DNA of 64,000 bases from assembly GCA_965215015.1 (NCBI GenBank), contig OZ244042.1, forward strand, positions 640,001 through 704,000. Reading direction: 5' to 3'. This stretch comes from Candidatus Poribacteria bacterium. GTDB taxonomy: Bacteria > Poribacteria > WGA-4E > PCPOR2b. Position 1 is the stretch's first letter, and every line of letters starts with the position of its first letter. Both the position numbers and the translations under genes were made by a program. Positions 9,587 to 19,628 of the stretch are shown piece by piece. A model generated the notes under the pieces. It had not been told where the DNA came from and made no database searches. It worked only from the letters and a program-made list of their open reading frames with translations.

Positions 9587-10708
9587 ATGAATCAAACGGC
9601 AGATGTGGTCGTGGTCGGTGGTGGGGTCATTGGGTGCTTCATTGCTTACGAGCTTTCAAAGGTGGGACTTGAGGTCGTGGTGGTGGAAAAAGGGCGGGTA
9701 GGTGCGGAAGCCTCCAGCGCAGCTGCAGGACTGTTGGTACCCTTGCACATGGCGGAGGAGGAACGGGCACTTTTTGAACTTCACTTGGCTTCAACGAAGA
9801 TGTTTCCTACGTTTGTGCCGGAGCTTCAGGAGGAGACAGGTATCAGTGTTGAGTATATCCCCTCTGGGATTCTGAGGGTTGCCCTGAACGAGGCAGAGGA
9901 GACGGCTCGGCTTTCGCAGTTTCAAAAATTGGGGGAAGCTTTTGGGATGGCGATAACACGGCTGGATGCAGCGGAGATACACGCGCTTGAATCTGAACTG
10001 GCACCAACGGTTTGCGGTGGTATCTTTTCCCATGATGAGGCGTATATCAACAACGGGCGCTTGGTTTTCGCACTAGCAAGAGGTGCGTCTGTCCGAAATG
10101 TCCGATTCCTTGAAGGGTGTATTGCGACCGGCGTACGGCGAACAGAAGGACGCTTTTCAACACTCCAGACGAATGAGGGGGAGATTCCTGCCGGACATCT
10201 CGTGATAGCAACAGGCGCATGGAGCCGCGTTTTCTGCGAGGCGTTGGACATGACTATCCCTGTCGTTCCCGCGCGTGGACAGATGCTGGCGGTCACAACC
10301 ATTCAGCGTTTGCTTCAACGTCCAATCAATTCTAGCAAAGGGGCCCTTGTTCCTCGCGCGGATGGCTCGGTTCACGTCGGGGCAACCGTTGAACATGTCG
10401 GCTTTGATAAGCGCAACACTCCCGAAGCGATTGTCGATCTGTTAGAAAGGGGGACAACGGTGGTCCCCGCCTTGAGCGGAGGACATGTCGAACGGATGTG
10501 GTCGGGTTTACGTCCATTCTGTGAGGATGGACTTCCTGTTATTGGGTACCTTCCCGGATGGGAAAATGTCTTGGTTGCGGCGGGGCACTTTACGATGGGC
10601 ATCACGGGCAGTCCGATAACAGCAAAAATTATTAAAGAACTGATAGCAGACGGGTATTGGGATAAGTCAATGGAAATTTTCTCACCGGCTCGCTTTGTGG
10701 AGGGTTAA
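9587..10708 (+). CDS. thiO: Glycine oxidase ThiO-like FAD-dependent oxidoreductase (DAO family)
   Basis: VVGGGVIG, ASSAAAGLL, PARGQM, WSGLRP and AGH..GI..SP motifs. No thiS or thiG nearby, so the substrate is uncertain. Confidence 0.7.
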   Translation: MNQTADVVVVGGGVIGCFIAYELSKVGLEVVVVEKGRVGAEASSAAAGLLVPLHMAEEERALFELHLASTKMFPTFVPELQEETGISVEYIPSGILRVALNEAEETARLSQFQKLGEAFGMAITRLDAAEIHALESELAPTVCGGIFSHDEAYINNGRLVFALARGASVRNVRFLEGCIATGVRRTEGRFSTLQTNEGEIPAGHLVIATGAWSRVFCEALDMTIPVVPARGQMLAVTTIQRLLQRPINSSKGALVPRADGSVHVGATVEHVGFDKRNTPEAIVDLLERGTTVVPALSGGHVERMWSGLRPFCEDGLPVIGYLPGWENVLVAAGHFTMGITGSPITAKIIKELIADGYWDKSMEIFSPARFVEG

Positions 10709-11157
10709 AGGTAAACGCCTAGAAGCCCGGGGAGGCGATAATCTTTCGCAATAAGTATTTTGGACCTCGACAAAGTTGCAAAAGCGTCCTAATTCCTTGT
10801 AAATACTGAGCTTTTGCTTGACATTTTTTATAAAAAGAGTACTACAATATAGCTAGTGAAATGGTAAGGCAGTAACCGCCCCATTTAGATAGTAAAAGCT
10901 GGGTTGCTTTGTCTTGCGTACTGTTTTTGTATTAGAGTAAAATTCATCAGAAAAAATCAACTCCCAAATTACAGGAACATATTCTAATGGATTTATTGAA
11001 TTTGTCTAGCCACTAATTACCGCGCGATTTAGACTTGAATCAAAAGACAGCATGGTATGGACAGCATCATCACGACAAAACAGGCTACGCACTTTTGTAT
11101 GTGGCTGTACAACTATAACTACCGTGAGACCGATATTTTTTGGAAGTTTTTGAAGGG

Positions 11158-12000
11158 ATGCCTATGACACAAGATATAGCAAATACACATTGTCCTGAAT
11201 ACATTGATACTATCAAACAAGGAAACTGTATTAAGTTAATGTCCGAAATGCCGAATGAATGTGTCGACCTTATCATAACAGATCCACCTTTTGCTATCGA
11301 TTTCAAGGCCCCTCGACATAGCTACAACCGAACAGGGAATAGAGTCCTACAAGGCTACAATGAAATCGAAGCAAAAGATTATCTCACCTTCACGCTTGAA
11401 TGGCTTTCTGCTGCGACGAGAGTGTTAAAAGATTCTGGCAGCATGTATATCTTTTCTGGTTGGAATCACCTAAAAGACCTCCTCATAGCTGTTGATCAAT
11501 GCAATCTTACTACAGTCAATCACCTGATTTGGAAATACCAGTTTGGTGTCGTTACCAAGCGTAAGTATGTAACCTCTCACTATCACTGTCTTTTCTTGTG
11601 TAAAAACGACAGTAAACGGAAGTTTTATCCCTATCGCCGATTTGATAAGGATGCCAAGACTGAAAACGGGGGCTCTGCACACTATAAAGACAAAGAAGAT
11701 GTCTGGGAAATTAAGAGAGAATATTGGCAGGGTGCAGTCAAAACGCCAACTAAATTGCCAGCTGAACTCATTGAGAAAATTCTCGATTATTCCAGCCAAA
11801 AAGGGGATGTTGTTTTGGATCCATTTTTAGGTTCTGGACAAGTTGCTGTAGTGAGCAAAATGAAGGGAAGGCATTACATAGGATTTGAGATCGTTCCTGC
11901 ATATTATAAGTTCGCACGCGACCGTATTGAATCAGGAAAATATCTAATTCAGAAAACAGAAGAGGAGTCTGTTTTGGATTTGTTCACAACGGAGATATAA
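11158..12000 (+). CDS. Beta-class N4/N6 DNA methyltransferase
   Basis: Motif IV DPPF near the N-terminus and motif I DPFLGSG near the C-terminus. Start is ATG 11158 or 11164. Confidence 0.9.
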   Translation: MPMTQDIANTHCPEYIDTIKQGNCIKLMSEMPNECVDLIITDPPFAIDFKAPRHSYNRTGNRVLQGYNEIEAKDYLTFTLEWLSAATRVLKDSGSMYIFSGWNHLKDLLIAVDQCNLTTVNHLIWKYQFGVVTKRKYVTSHYHCLFLCKNDSKRKFYPYRRFDKDAKTENGGSAHYKDKEDVWEIKREYWQGAVKTPTKLPAELIEKILDYSSQKGDVVLDPFLGSGQVAVVSKMKGRHYIGFEIVPAYYKFARDRIESGKYLIQKTEEESVLDLFTTEI

Positions 12001-12064
12001 CTCAATCATCTTAAACTAAAAAATAGTTGATACAACTGCACAATTACAACTCGCCTCTCGGAAC

Positions 12065-12670
12065 ATGCCAAAAATTTGGGCTGGCAGAAATGCCATCCTT
12101 GAGATGAAGGAAGGCGGTTCAAAAAATTGGAAGCAGATGGAATGGATGGGTTTTTACTTTGAATATCTATGTCAAACCCATTTTGATGGCATAATTGATA
12201 TGCCCGGTAAGACATATAGGAACACGACATTTGACGCGTTTTGTGAAATTTCTTGGGACTTTAAGGCACATGCAGCTAATACAACAAGACACGATGTTAT
12301 TACAAATGATGTGGAAGCGATAAAGAGCACACTCGACGATTACGGCTACTATGGAATAATTCTCGCGATCGGTGAAGTTGAATATAACGACGAACAAAGA
12401 ACTTTCAAAAAATGGCATGACGAGCTGAAAGAGGGAATTAGCGCATACGAAATAAATAGAATCAATAGAGGTGTAATGTCAAGACGACGTAAGACCGAAT
12501 TTATTTTATCGGAAATCCATTTTATTTGTCTGAACATCCAAACACTCGATCAATGTAGTAGCATATACCAGCAGGGTAGAAATTCTAACGGCAGACCAAG
12601 ACCCCCAAAATTCAACCTAAATGTCCAGAAAATTCCTGATTCTGCGCTGGCTGCTACTGTGGAGTTCTAA
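12065..12670 (+). CDS. Putative type II restriction endonuclease (PD-(D/E)xK)
   Basis: Directly follows the MTase. Has a GFYFE helix and FDAF...WDFKAH (D...DxK). AT-rich. Confidence 0.6.
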   Translation: MPKIWAGRNAILEMKEGGSKNWKQMEWMGFYFEYLCQTHFDGIIDMPGKTYRNTTFDAFCEISWDFKAHAANTTRHDVITNDVEAIKSTLDDYGYYGIILAIGEVEYNDEQRTFKKWHDELKEGISAYEINRINRGVMSRRRKTEFILSEIHFICLNIQTLDQCSSIYQQGRNSNGRPRPPKFNLNVQKIPDSALAATVEF

Positions 12671-12705
12671 GTCTAAAACTACTTACTGTGTTATCTTTTT
12701 TCTTT

Positions 12706-13058
12706 TTATGTTATAAATCCACACCTACCTAGCTTTGCTGTGCTCCTGTCTTCTCGGAGGGTTGAAAGGCCGAGAATTGCCTTCAGATTATCCGTCTCTT
12801 CCTGACTGGCATGATACAGATCCCGCCGGGGTTGAAGATTCATCCAGAAACTTGGTGAAACCCCAAAGAATCTCGCCAAGCGGAGCACAATACGGGGTGT
12901 CATTCCCGATGTCTATTCACAAGTTCATTGATGCTCTGGTACGGGATATGAATTGGCATCGCAAGCTTCCGCGGCCTGATGTCCATTGGACGCAGAAATT
13001 CCTCTAAAAGCATTTCACCCGGACGGGTCGGAGGACGATGGGTTGGTACAAGAATCAT
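12706..13058 (-). pseudogene. higA: HigA-family antitoxin, frameshifted
   Basis: MILVPTHRPPTRPGEMLLEEFL...INEL in one frame continues as TPRIVLRLARFFGVSPSFWMNLQ in another frame near 12900. Confidence 0.85.
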
Positions 13059-13080
13059 TTTGTTTCTGCTTGGTGCAAGC

Positions 13081-13146
13081 CTAGTGATAATCCACAATTT
13101 CAACTTCAGTGGGTCCGGTGTCCGTCCATACAAAGCAGATACAGTA
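13081..13146 (-). pseudogene. higB: C-terminal remnant of HigB (RelE/ParE) toxin
   Basis: Manual translation gives YCICFVWTDTGPTEVEIVDYH*, the typical HigB end. It is preceded by an in-frame TGA and lies just upstream of higA. Confidence 0.8.
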
Positions 13147-13275
13147 TCAGACATTTCTCATAGATTCTGAGTTTATCACCTTCTAAAATGGGCAGCGAGT
13201 GAAAGGCATGACTCCTCGTCCTGGCCACTACAAAATTTTGGAAATACCACGAAAAAAGAATAAGGAGCTAGACCA

Positions 13276-14403
13276 ATGGCAAAGTATCGAGCGGCACTAA
13301 TTGGGTGCGGCGGAAAAGGTAGAGACCATACCAATACCTTGATGAAGAACGAACTCGTGGATTTGGTCGCTTTCTGCGATATTCGTGAGGCAGCTCTGCA
13401 AGCATACCAAGAGATGTACGGTGTGTCAACCCTATACACAGATTATCAGGAGATGTTTGGGCGGGAGAACCTAGATCTCGTCGTGATTTCAACGCAGGCA
13501 CCGCAGCACCATGCGACAACGCTTGCTGCGGCAGCACACGGTTGTCATGTGCTCTGCGAAAAACCGATGGCTGTGACACTTCAGGAGGCTGATGAGATGG
13601 TTGCTGCGTGTGATGCAGCCGGTGTACGATTATCCATCAATCATCAGAAACGCGCCAGTGCGTATAACGCCTATGCGAAAAGGTTGATTGGTGATGGGGA
13701 GATCGGTGAGGTCTTTTTGATATCTGCTTACGAAAAAGGGGGACGCAAATCGGGGAACGCGATGATGGAGATGGGGACGCACCTCTTTGATTGGGTTCAC
13801 AACTTTGGGGGAGATGTGAGTTGGGCTGCTGCACATATTACCGCAGCGGACAGCCTTGAAGCGGGACCTCAGGACATCAAACATAGCCAAGAGGTCAATC
13901 CCCGTGACAGGGACGCGGGACTAGTCATCGGTGAGCGGGCGTTCTGCTCGTTTGGGTTGGCTAACGGAATACATGTCGATTGCAATTTCTTGGCAGAATC
14001 TGAAGGAAATGATAGGGCGTACGGCTTAGATCTCATGGGCACAAAAGGGCGGATTGCGTTGCGTCGAAGCGTTGCCACCGTGATGTTCATCCACCACGGC
14101 GCATTTATGACACCCGTCGAGGGACATCAATGGGAGCCGGTTTCGCTGCCCGAAGAGGACCGTATTACGGGTCAGCATCTGGAAACGCGAGACATCAACT
14201 CTGTGCTTCAGTCCCGTCTCATCCACTCGTTGCTTGAACCTGATTCCCCGGATGCCGATCCGATTTCGTCCGGCCGGGAGGGACGCGCATCGCTGGAAAT
14301 GATTCACGGATCATGGGAGTCTCACCGACGTGGGGGGCGTGTTACGTTTCCGCTTAAGGAGCGCACCCATCCCTTACGACGCTGGCGGGATGAGGCGAGT
14401 TAG
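13276..14403 (+). CDS. Gfo/Idh/MocA-family oxidoreductase
   Basis: ALIGCGGKG, HVLCEKPMA and MGTHLFD motifs. Confidence 0.9.
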   Translation: MAKYRAALIGCGGKGRDHTNTLMKNELVDLVAFCDIREAALQAYQEMYGVSTLYTDYQEMFGRENLDLVVISTQAPQHHATTLAAAAHGCHVLCEKPMAVTLQEADEMVAACDAAGVRLSINHQKRASAYNAYAKRLIGDGEIGEVFLISAYEKGGRKSGNAMMEMGTHLFDWVHNFGGDVSWAAAHITAADSLEAGPQDIKHSQEVNPRDRDAGLVIGERAFCSFGLANGIHVDCNFLAESEGNDRAYGLDLMGTKGRIALRRSVATVMFIHHGAFMTPVEGHQWEPVSLPEEDRITGQHLETRDINSVLQSRLIHSLLEPDSPDADPISSGREGRASLEMIHGSWESHRRGGRVTFPLKERTHPLRRWRDEAS

Positions 14404-14488
14404 GTCGGAATTTTGGGTTGCTGAACGTTTGGAGTGAAGGGTATAATCAATCAACTAAACCGGTTGAAGAAATGAGAGAAGAGCGAAC

Positions 14489-14845
14489 ATGAATCGGTAT
14501 TTTGAAATAGTAAAATGGTATGTGATATCCGGTGGACAGGTGTCTCGAAGAGAATCTTGGATATTCACACTCTGCGCCTTTATTGTCGGTTTTTTGTTAG
14601 GGTTTGTTTACATCTTTGTTGGAGATATAGGTTTTGTTATTATTGGAGGCTGCGGCTTAGTTGTACTGATTCCCAGCATCGCTGTATCGGTCAGTAGGCT
14701 CCACGACGCCAATCGAAGTGGGTGGTGGTTGCTTATCGGCCTTATTCCGCTCATTGGTTCTATGATTTTGCTTGGTTTTATGACACAGGATAGTCAATCG
14801 AACGAGAATCAAGGTGGACGTGATCCACAGGATGCCACAGTGTAG
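14489..14845 (+). CDS. DUF805 inner membrane protein
   Basis: SRRESW and PSIAVSVSRLHDANRSGWWLLIGLIPLIG motifs. Confidence 0.85.
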   Translation: MNRYFEIVKWYVISGGQVSRRESWIFTLCAFIVGFLLGFVYIFVGDIGFVIIGGCGLVVLIPSIAVSVSRLHDANRSGWWLLIGLIPLIGSMILLGFMTQDSQSNENQGGRDPQDATV

Positions 14846-14983
14846 GAATCTAACCCGCCGTTGCGGTCTCCTGATCCTCGATCTATTGGGGGGACAGTGG
14901 GAGATTCAGTAAACCCTACCGTACTCTTCCGATTTGTGGGACAACTGAACTTTTTCATTAGGACGCAAAATAGGAGGCTCATC

Positions 14984-16465
14984 ATGCTGTCAAGGGTTGA
15001 ACAAATCAGATTGCGGTTATCAAAAGACACCACAGCGAAGAAGAAATCACAGTTCGGCCAGTTCCTGACATCAGCAAGAACTGCGGCTTTCATGGCCAGT
15101 CTTTTCCCAAATGGCAAAGGCAGTTGTCGCTTGCTTGATGCGGGAGCCGGAATTGGCTCGCTTTCTGCCGCGTTTTTGGAGAGGTGGAATTCTGCTGGCT
15201 TTGACTTTCAGCGTGTGGAGCTAGATGCTTTTGAGATTGACGATTCTCTGCATTCCTATTTGAATCAAACATTGGAACAATATAGACATAATCCCATGTT
15301 TATTCCAACAATCCGAAAGGTCGATTTTATACACGCCGCCATAGATTGGCTTTCTGGCAGCTTTTTCGCTGAAGAACTCGAAAAATATACTCATGCCATC
15401 CTTAACCCACCTTACAAAAAAATCAATAGTAATTCATCGCATCGTTTCGCCTTACGCCGTGTTGGCATCGAGACGGTGAACCTGTATTCGGCTTTTGTGG
15501 CCCTGGCTGTTGCGCTAGCCACACCGGGGGGGCAAATTGTGGCAATCATTCCGCGCAGTTTCTGTAATGGACCGTATTACCGTCCATTTCGTGACTTCAT
15601 CCTTGAGCGCACAGCTATCCGGCACCTTCACCTTTTTGAGTCTCGTAACAAAGCATTTAAGGAGGATAAAGTATTGCAAGAGAATATTATTATCCGACTT
15701 GAACGTAGTGGAAAACAAGGCGCGGTAACAGTTTCCACATCAACCGATGACACTTTCACCAACCTTACTACTCACAAATACTCGTTCGATCAAATCGTTT
15801 TTCCGGATGATTCGGAGCGATTTATCCGTGTGCCACTATCGCCCAAAAGCACCATCCAACTAGCTCCGACCATTCGCTACGCGCTGACAGATCTTGACAT
15901 CGATGTTTCGACTGGTCCGGTAATCGATTTCCGGCTAAAAGATCACTTGCGCGACATGCCGGAGGCGGGTTCCATGCCTTTACTTTATCCGTGCCATTTC
16001 AGCGGTATTGGCACCAAATGGCCGGGCACCGGTAAGAAGAAGCCAAACGCTATCCTGCACAACGATGATACCGAAAAATGGCTATGTCCGAGCGGCTTTT
16101 ATTGCGTGGTAAGACGCTTCACAGCCAAGGAGGAAAGACGCCGAATCGTGGCAAGCGTGGTTGACCCTAGCCAACTCGATAACCCACCCATGCTGGGCTT
16201 TGAGAACCACTTAAACTTTTTCCATCAAAATAAGGGTGGTTTGCAACAAGCGTTAGCATATGGGTTGGCAGTATTCCTCAATTCAACCACCATTGATGAA
16301 TATTACCGATGTTTCAGCGGCCACACGCAGGTCAACGCTACCGACCTCAAGATTATGAAGTACCCGAGCCGTGACGCTCTAATTGAAATTGGCAAATGGG
16401 CCAGCCAACAAGAAAAACTCACGCAGACTATGATTGATGCCAAGCTAGGAACTTTAGTCGAATGA
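14984..16465 (+). CDS. BsuBI/PstI-type gamma-class N6-adenine DNA methyltransferase
   Basis: GQFLT, LDAGAGIG, NPPY, PRSFCNGPY, FENHLN and GHTQVNATDL motifs. Start at ATG 14984 after AGGAGG. Confidence 0.9.
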   Translation: MLSRVEQIRLRLSKDTTAKKKSQFGQFLTSARTAAFMASLFPNGKGSCRLLDAGAGIGSLSAAFLERWNSAGFDFQRVELDAFEIDDSLHSYLNQTLEQYRHNPMFIPTIRKVDFIHAAIDWLSGSFFAEELEKYTHAILNPPYKKINSNSSHRFALRRVGIETVNLYSAFVALAVALATPGGQIVAIIPRSFCNGPYYRPFRDFILERTAIRHLHLFESRNKAFKEDKVLQENIIIRLERSGKQGAVTVSTSTDDTFTNLTTHKYSFDQIVFPDDSERFIRVPLSPKSTIQLAPTIRYALTDLDIDVSTGPVIDFRLKDHLRDMPEAGSMPLLYPCHFSGIGTKWPGTGKKKPNAILHNDDTEKWLCPSGFYCVVRRFTAKEERRRIVASVVDPSQLDNPPMLGFENHLNFFHQNKGGLQQALAYGLAVFLNSTTIDEYYRCFSGHTQVNATDLKIMKYPSRDALIEIGKWASQQEKLTQTMIDAKLGTLVE

Positions 16466-17262
16466 ACAACAAGAACGATTATATTGAAGCCGCTCACCAG
16501 ATTATCATGTCGCTGGGGCTGCCACGGGCGCAACAGAACGAGCGTTCCGCCCTTTGTTTGCTGGCATTACTGAACCTCACGCCAGGCAAACCCTGGGCTG
16601 ACGCCGAGGCCCCGCTTATGGGTATCACACCCATCATTAATTGGGTGCGAGAGCATTACGACAAGGAATATGCACCGAATACCCGCGAGACAATTCGTCG
16701 CCAAACCATGCACCAGTTCCGCGATGCCGGTATTGCGCTGTACAACCCGGACAGGCCGGACCGTCCGGTAAATAGCCCGAAGGCAGTCTATCAGATCGAA
16801 CCTGCTGCATTGGCTTTGCTGCGAACTTTTAACACCCCCACATGGTGTAATGCGCTGACGGCCTATTTGGCCAAGCGTGAAACTCTGGTAGCCCGCTACG
16901 CCAAGGAGCGGGAACAGAATCGTGTTCCGGTTGAAATTTCACCGGGGAAGAAAGTCACTCTTAGCCCCGGTGAGCACAGCGAATTGATTCGAGCCATCAT
17001 TGAGGATTTTGCTCCCCGCTCCGCACCGGGTAGTGTGCTGGTCTATGGAGATAAATGGGGTTACTTGGACGTGGACCTGCTGGCCGAACTAGGTGTCAGC
17101 GTGGATTCACACGGCAAAATGCCTGATGTGGTGTTGTACTACATTGAGAAGAATTGGCTCCTCTTATCGGAAGGTTGCTTCCACCGGCTAATATTTCAGG
17201 ACGGTCCCCCATTCACCAACAACCCAGAGAACGCCATCTGGAGATTGGGTGATATCGGTTAA
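16462..17262 (+). pseudogene. BsuBI/PstI-family restriction endonuclease, C-terminally truncated
   Basis: NERSALCLLAL, YAPNTRETIRRQTMHQF, LSPGEHSEL and HGKMPDVV match the family. Similarity stops at NWLLL (about 17166) before the expected E-x-VTSHGP segment, and the ORF then reads antisense into the neighbouring gene. Confidence 0.8.
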
Positions 17263-19077
17263 GCCGTTTGAGGTCGGGCTTTGCTGAACCAGCCATGTTA
17301 CACCACCATCTTTGGTGTTGAGGAGCATTCCATTGTCTCCGACAGCCCAACCCTCGTTATCCGTGATGAAGTAGACACCATTCAACGTTTCACCCGTCGG
17401 TGTAATTTGTCGAGTCCATGTCTCACCGCCATCTTTCGTCGCATAAATGGAACCGTCATCCCCAGCGATCCACGCGATCTGAGGGTTGAGGGTGAAAACT
17501 GCCCGTAACTCGTTGGGCTCCGCCTGCTGAACAGTCCACGTCTCTCCGCTGTCATTGGTTTTGATAATCGTCCCTGATGCACCGACAGCCCAACCCACGT
17601 TTGCATCGACAAAATAGACGCCATACAGGTTGTTGTAACTGACGGCCAAATCCCCGAGATCTTGGCTTTGCCATGTACGTCCCCCATCTTTCGTGTGCAA
17701 AATCTTGCCGAGTTCGCCAACACCCCATCCGTGTTGCGAAGTTGAAAAGTGGAGATCATAAAAACCGACAGCGCGTTTCCATCGAATAGCCTCGTCAAAC
17801 TGGAGGCGTTGGATTTGACCCGTCTCCGCCTCCATACTGATGCCCCCCCACGTTCCGCCGCCGTCCCCTGTCTCGATTAGGGTCGCGTTACTCCCAACGA
17901 TGTAGCCTTGCATCGCGTCAACAAAACCGATACCGAACAGCTCAAAAACATTCCCGGTGTACTGTTGTTGCCATGTTGCCCCGCCATCGCGGGTGGCAAG
18001 TGCCATTCCGGATAGCCCCACCGCCCATCCTGTTTTGTCATCAAGGAAGTGGACTGTCGTCAAGTGGCTGTTGATTGAGACCACTTCCCACGACACACCG
18101 CCATCTCGACTGTGTAGGAGGGTAGCAAATTCGCCCACAGCCCACGCCTCTTGAGGGTTAATCAGTTGGATAGCGTTTAGGCGGCTGGGGACGGGTCTCG
18201 GTTCCAGCGGCGTCCAATTTTCGCCGCCATCGGTTGTTCTCAGGATCACACCGAATTCTGCAGCTGCAAGTCCGTGATTGGCGTCGATAAAATGAATACC
18301 CCAGATAGGTTCGGGCATACCGTTGGAATTGGGGACATTGCTTTTCTGGGTCTCCCACGTTGCGCCGCCGTCAGTGGTATGAATTAGCGCGCCGTTACCG
18401 CCAGCTGCCCACCCCTCTCGGTGATTAAGCATACAGATCGAACTAATGCCGGCTGCGGAGTTGATTTTTTGGCTCTTCCAAGTCTGTCCACCGTCCATGG
18501 TATGGACAACCGTTCCGCCATGCCCTGCGGCCCAACCGACCTTTTGACTGGCAAAGTGAAAATCTTGGATCGCATTATTTGTCGGGGTATTCTGTCTAAC
18601 CCACGTTGCGCCGCCATCTGTTGTATGAATGATGAGTCCGCCATCGCCGCCAGCCCAGCCGTGTTTAGCATCCACAAAGAAAATGGCTGACAATACTCGA
18701 CGTGTGCCGGTGTCCAGTACCCTCCATGTTTCTCCATTATCGGTTGTCCTCAACACAGCACCTTCCTCGCCGACAATCCAGCCGGTTTGAGGATTGAGGA
18801 ACCACACTTTGTGGAAATCTATCTTGAAGGGAAGAGGTTTGCTAGGTTGTTCCCAAGTTTTCCCGCCGTCGCTGGTCCGCAGAATTGTTGCATCTGACCC
18901 GATGATCCACCCATCCTGTTGAGAGACAAAGTGGATATCGGAAAACCGCGCCTGCCATTGCGACTCACGCACAAGTATCCAAGTTTTGTCTGTTGTAGAG
19001 GCGTCAATTGCTAGGAGGGATAACAGCATTGCGAGCCCTAAAGTGCGTCTGGTATGCAACAGTATATTCCTTATCAT
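17188..19077 (-). CDS. Secreted YCF48/BNR (Asp-box) repeat beta-propeller protein
   Basis: About 14 repeats of GW.VG..G.IL.T.DGG.TW plus an N-terminal signal peptide. Start at ATG 19077 after AGGAG. Confidence 0.88.
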   Translation of the reverse strand: MIRNILLHTRRTLGLAMLLSLLAIDASTTDKTWILVRESQWQARFSDIHFVSQQDGWIIGSDATILRTSDGGKTWEQPSKPLPFKIDFHKVWFLNPQTGWIVGEEGAVLRTTDNGETWRVLDTGTRRVLSAIFFVDAKHGWAGGDGGLIIHTTDGGATWVRQNTPTNNAIQDFHFASQKVGWAAGHGGTVVHTMDGGQTWKSQKINSAAGISSICMLNHREGWAAGGNGALIHTTDGGATWETQKSNVPNSNGMPEPIWGIHFIDANHGLAAAEFGVILRTTDGGENWTPLEPRPVPSRLNAIQLINPQEAWAVGEFATLLHSRDGGVSWEVVSINSHLTTVHFLDDKTGWAVGLSGMALATRDGGATWQQQYTGNVFELFGIGFVDAMQGYIVGSNATLIETGDGGGTWGGISMEAETGQIQRLQFDEAIRWKRAVGFYDLHFSTSQHGWGVGELGKILHTKDGGRTWQSQDLGDLAVSYNNLYGVYFVDANVGWAVGASGTIIKTNDSGETWTVQQAEPNELRAVFTLNPQIAWIAGDDGSIYATKDGGETWTRQITPTGETLNGVYFITDNEGWAVGDNGMLLNTKDGGVTWLVQQSPTSNGLTDITQSPDGVLWVVGEWGTVLKY

Positions 19078-19224
19078 TGTTTGTTTCTCCTGCTTTGAGA
19101 GGTAAGGCCATTCATATGATAACATAAATTGCTATTTGTTGCATCACTGGAGTTTTAGTATATGTTGGGTTTCACGATGCCCGTTCACCCCAATCTATGT
19201 GCTATACTGTCAGAAATTTTGATT

Positions 19225-19428
19225 GGCTCATGTTAAGAAATCGTGTAACAGAACCCGTTTTTTTAGGTAAGTGCGGGTGGGTCAACCCCGGACCTACAAT
19301 TTATCTTTGGGTTTTGCATTTTTTTTATTAGCCCCGTAGGTCGGGCTTCCTAGCTCGACTGCATCAATGCACTCATGGTTTTCACGTTTCACGCGCTTTG
19401 CGTTTTGCACTTTCTTTTGACACGAGCC
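19225..19428. mobile_element. MITE, 204 bp, with TIRs and a 9-bp target site duplication
   Basis: Ends read GGCTCATGTTAA and (reverse complement) GGCTCGTGTCAA, 10/12 identical. Flanked by ATTTTGATT at both 19216-19224 and 19429-19437. Confidence 0.8.
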
Positions 19429-19628
19429 ATTTTGATTAAAACAGAGGTTATGGTATACGGAGCCCCGGTAAAATTGGGATTCAAAGTAATAGACAGACTA
19501 CTAGGCAACTTGGATTATAATAGTATACTATCATAAACGGATCAAATCCCTCGTTGACCCATTAAATAAAACGTGATATAATCCAATTTGTGAATAGTTC
19601 AACTCCATCTGAAAGATAGGAGAACCCT

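Noticed and set aside
10709-11140. IS remnant or sRNA upstream of the MTase
   Set aside because: A TTGACA box and a weak hairpin are present, but I found no TIR pair, TSD or transposase frame to support a call.
14861-14983. Long N-terminal extensions given by the ORF track (also 39995-40075, 50821-51018, 60731-60802)
   Set aside because: Downstream ATGs with better RBS or family-consistent N-termini exist. The extensions cross repeats, promoters or neighbouring genes.
17188-19077. DNA-level tandem repeat or diversity-generating locus
   Set aside because: Repeats are diverged protein-level Asp-box units, and no reverse transcriptase or template/variable repeat pair is present.
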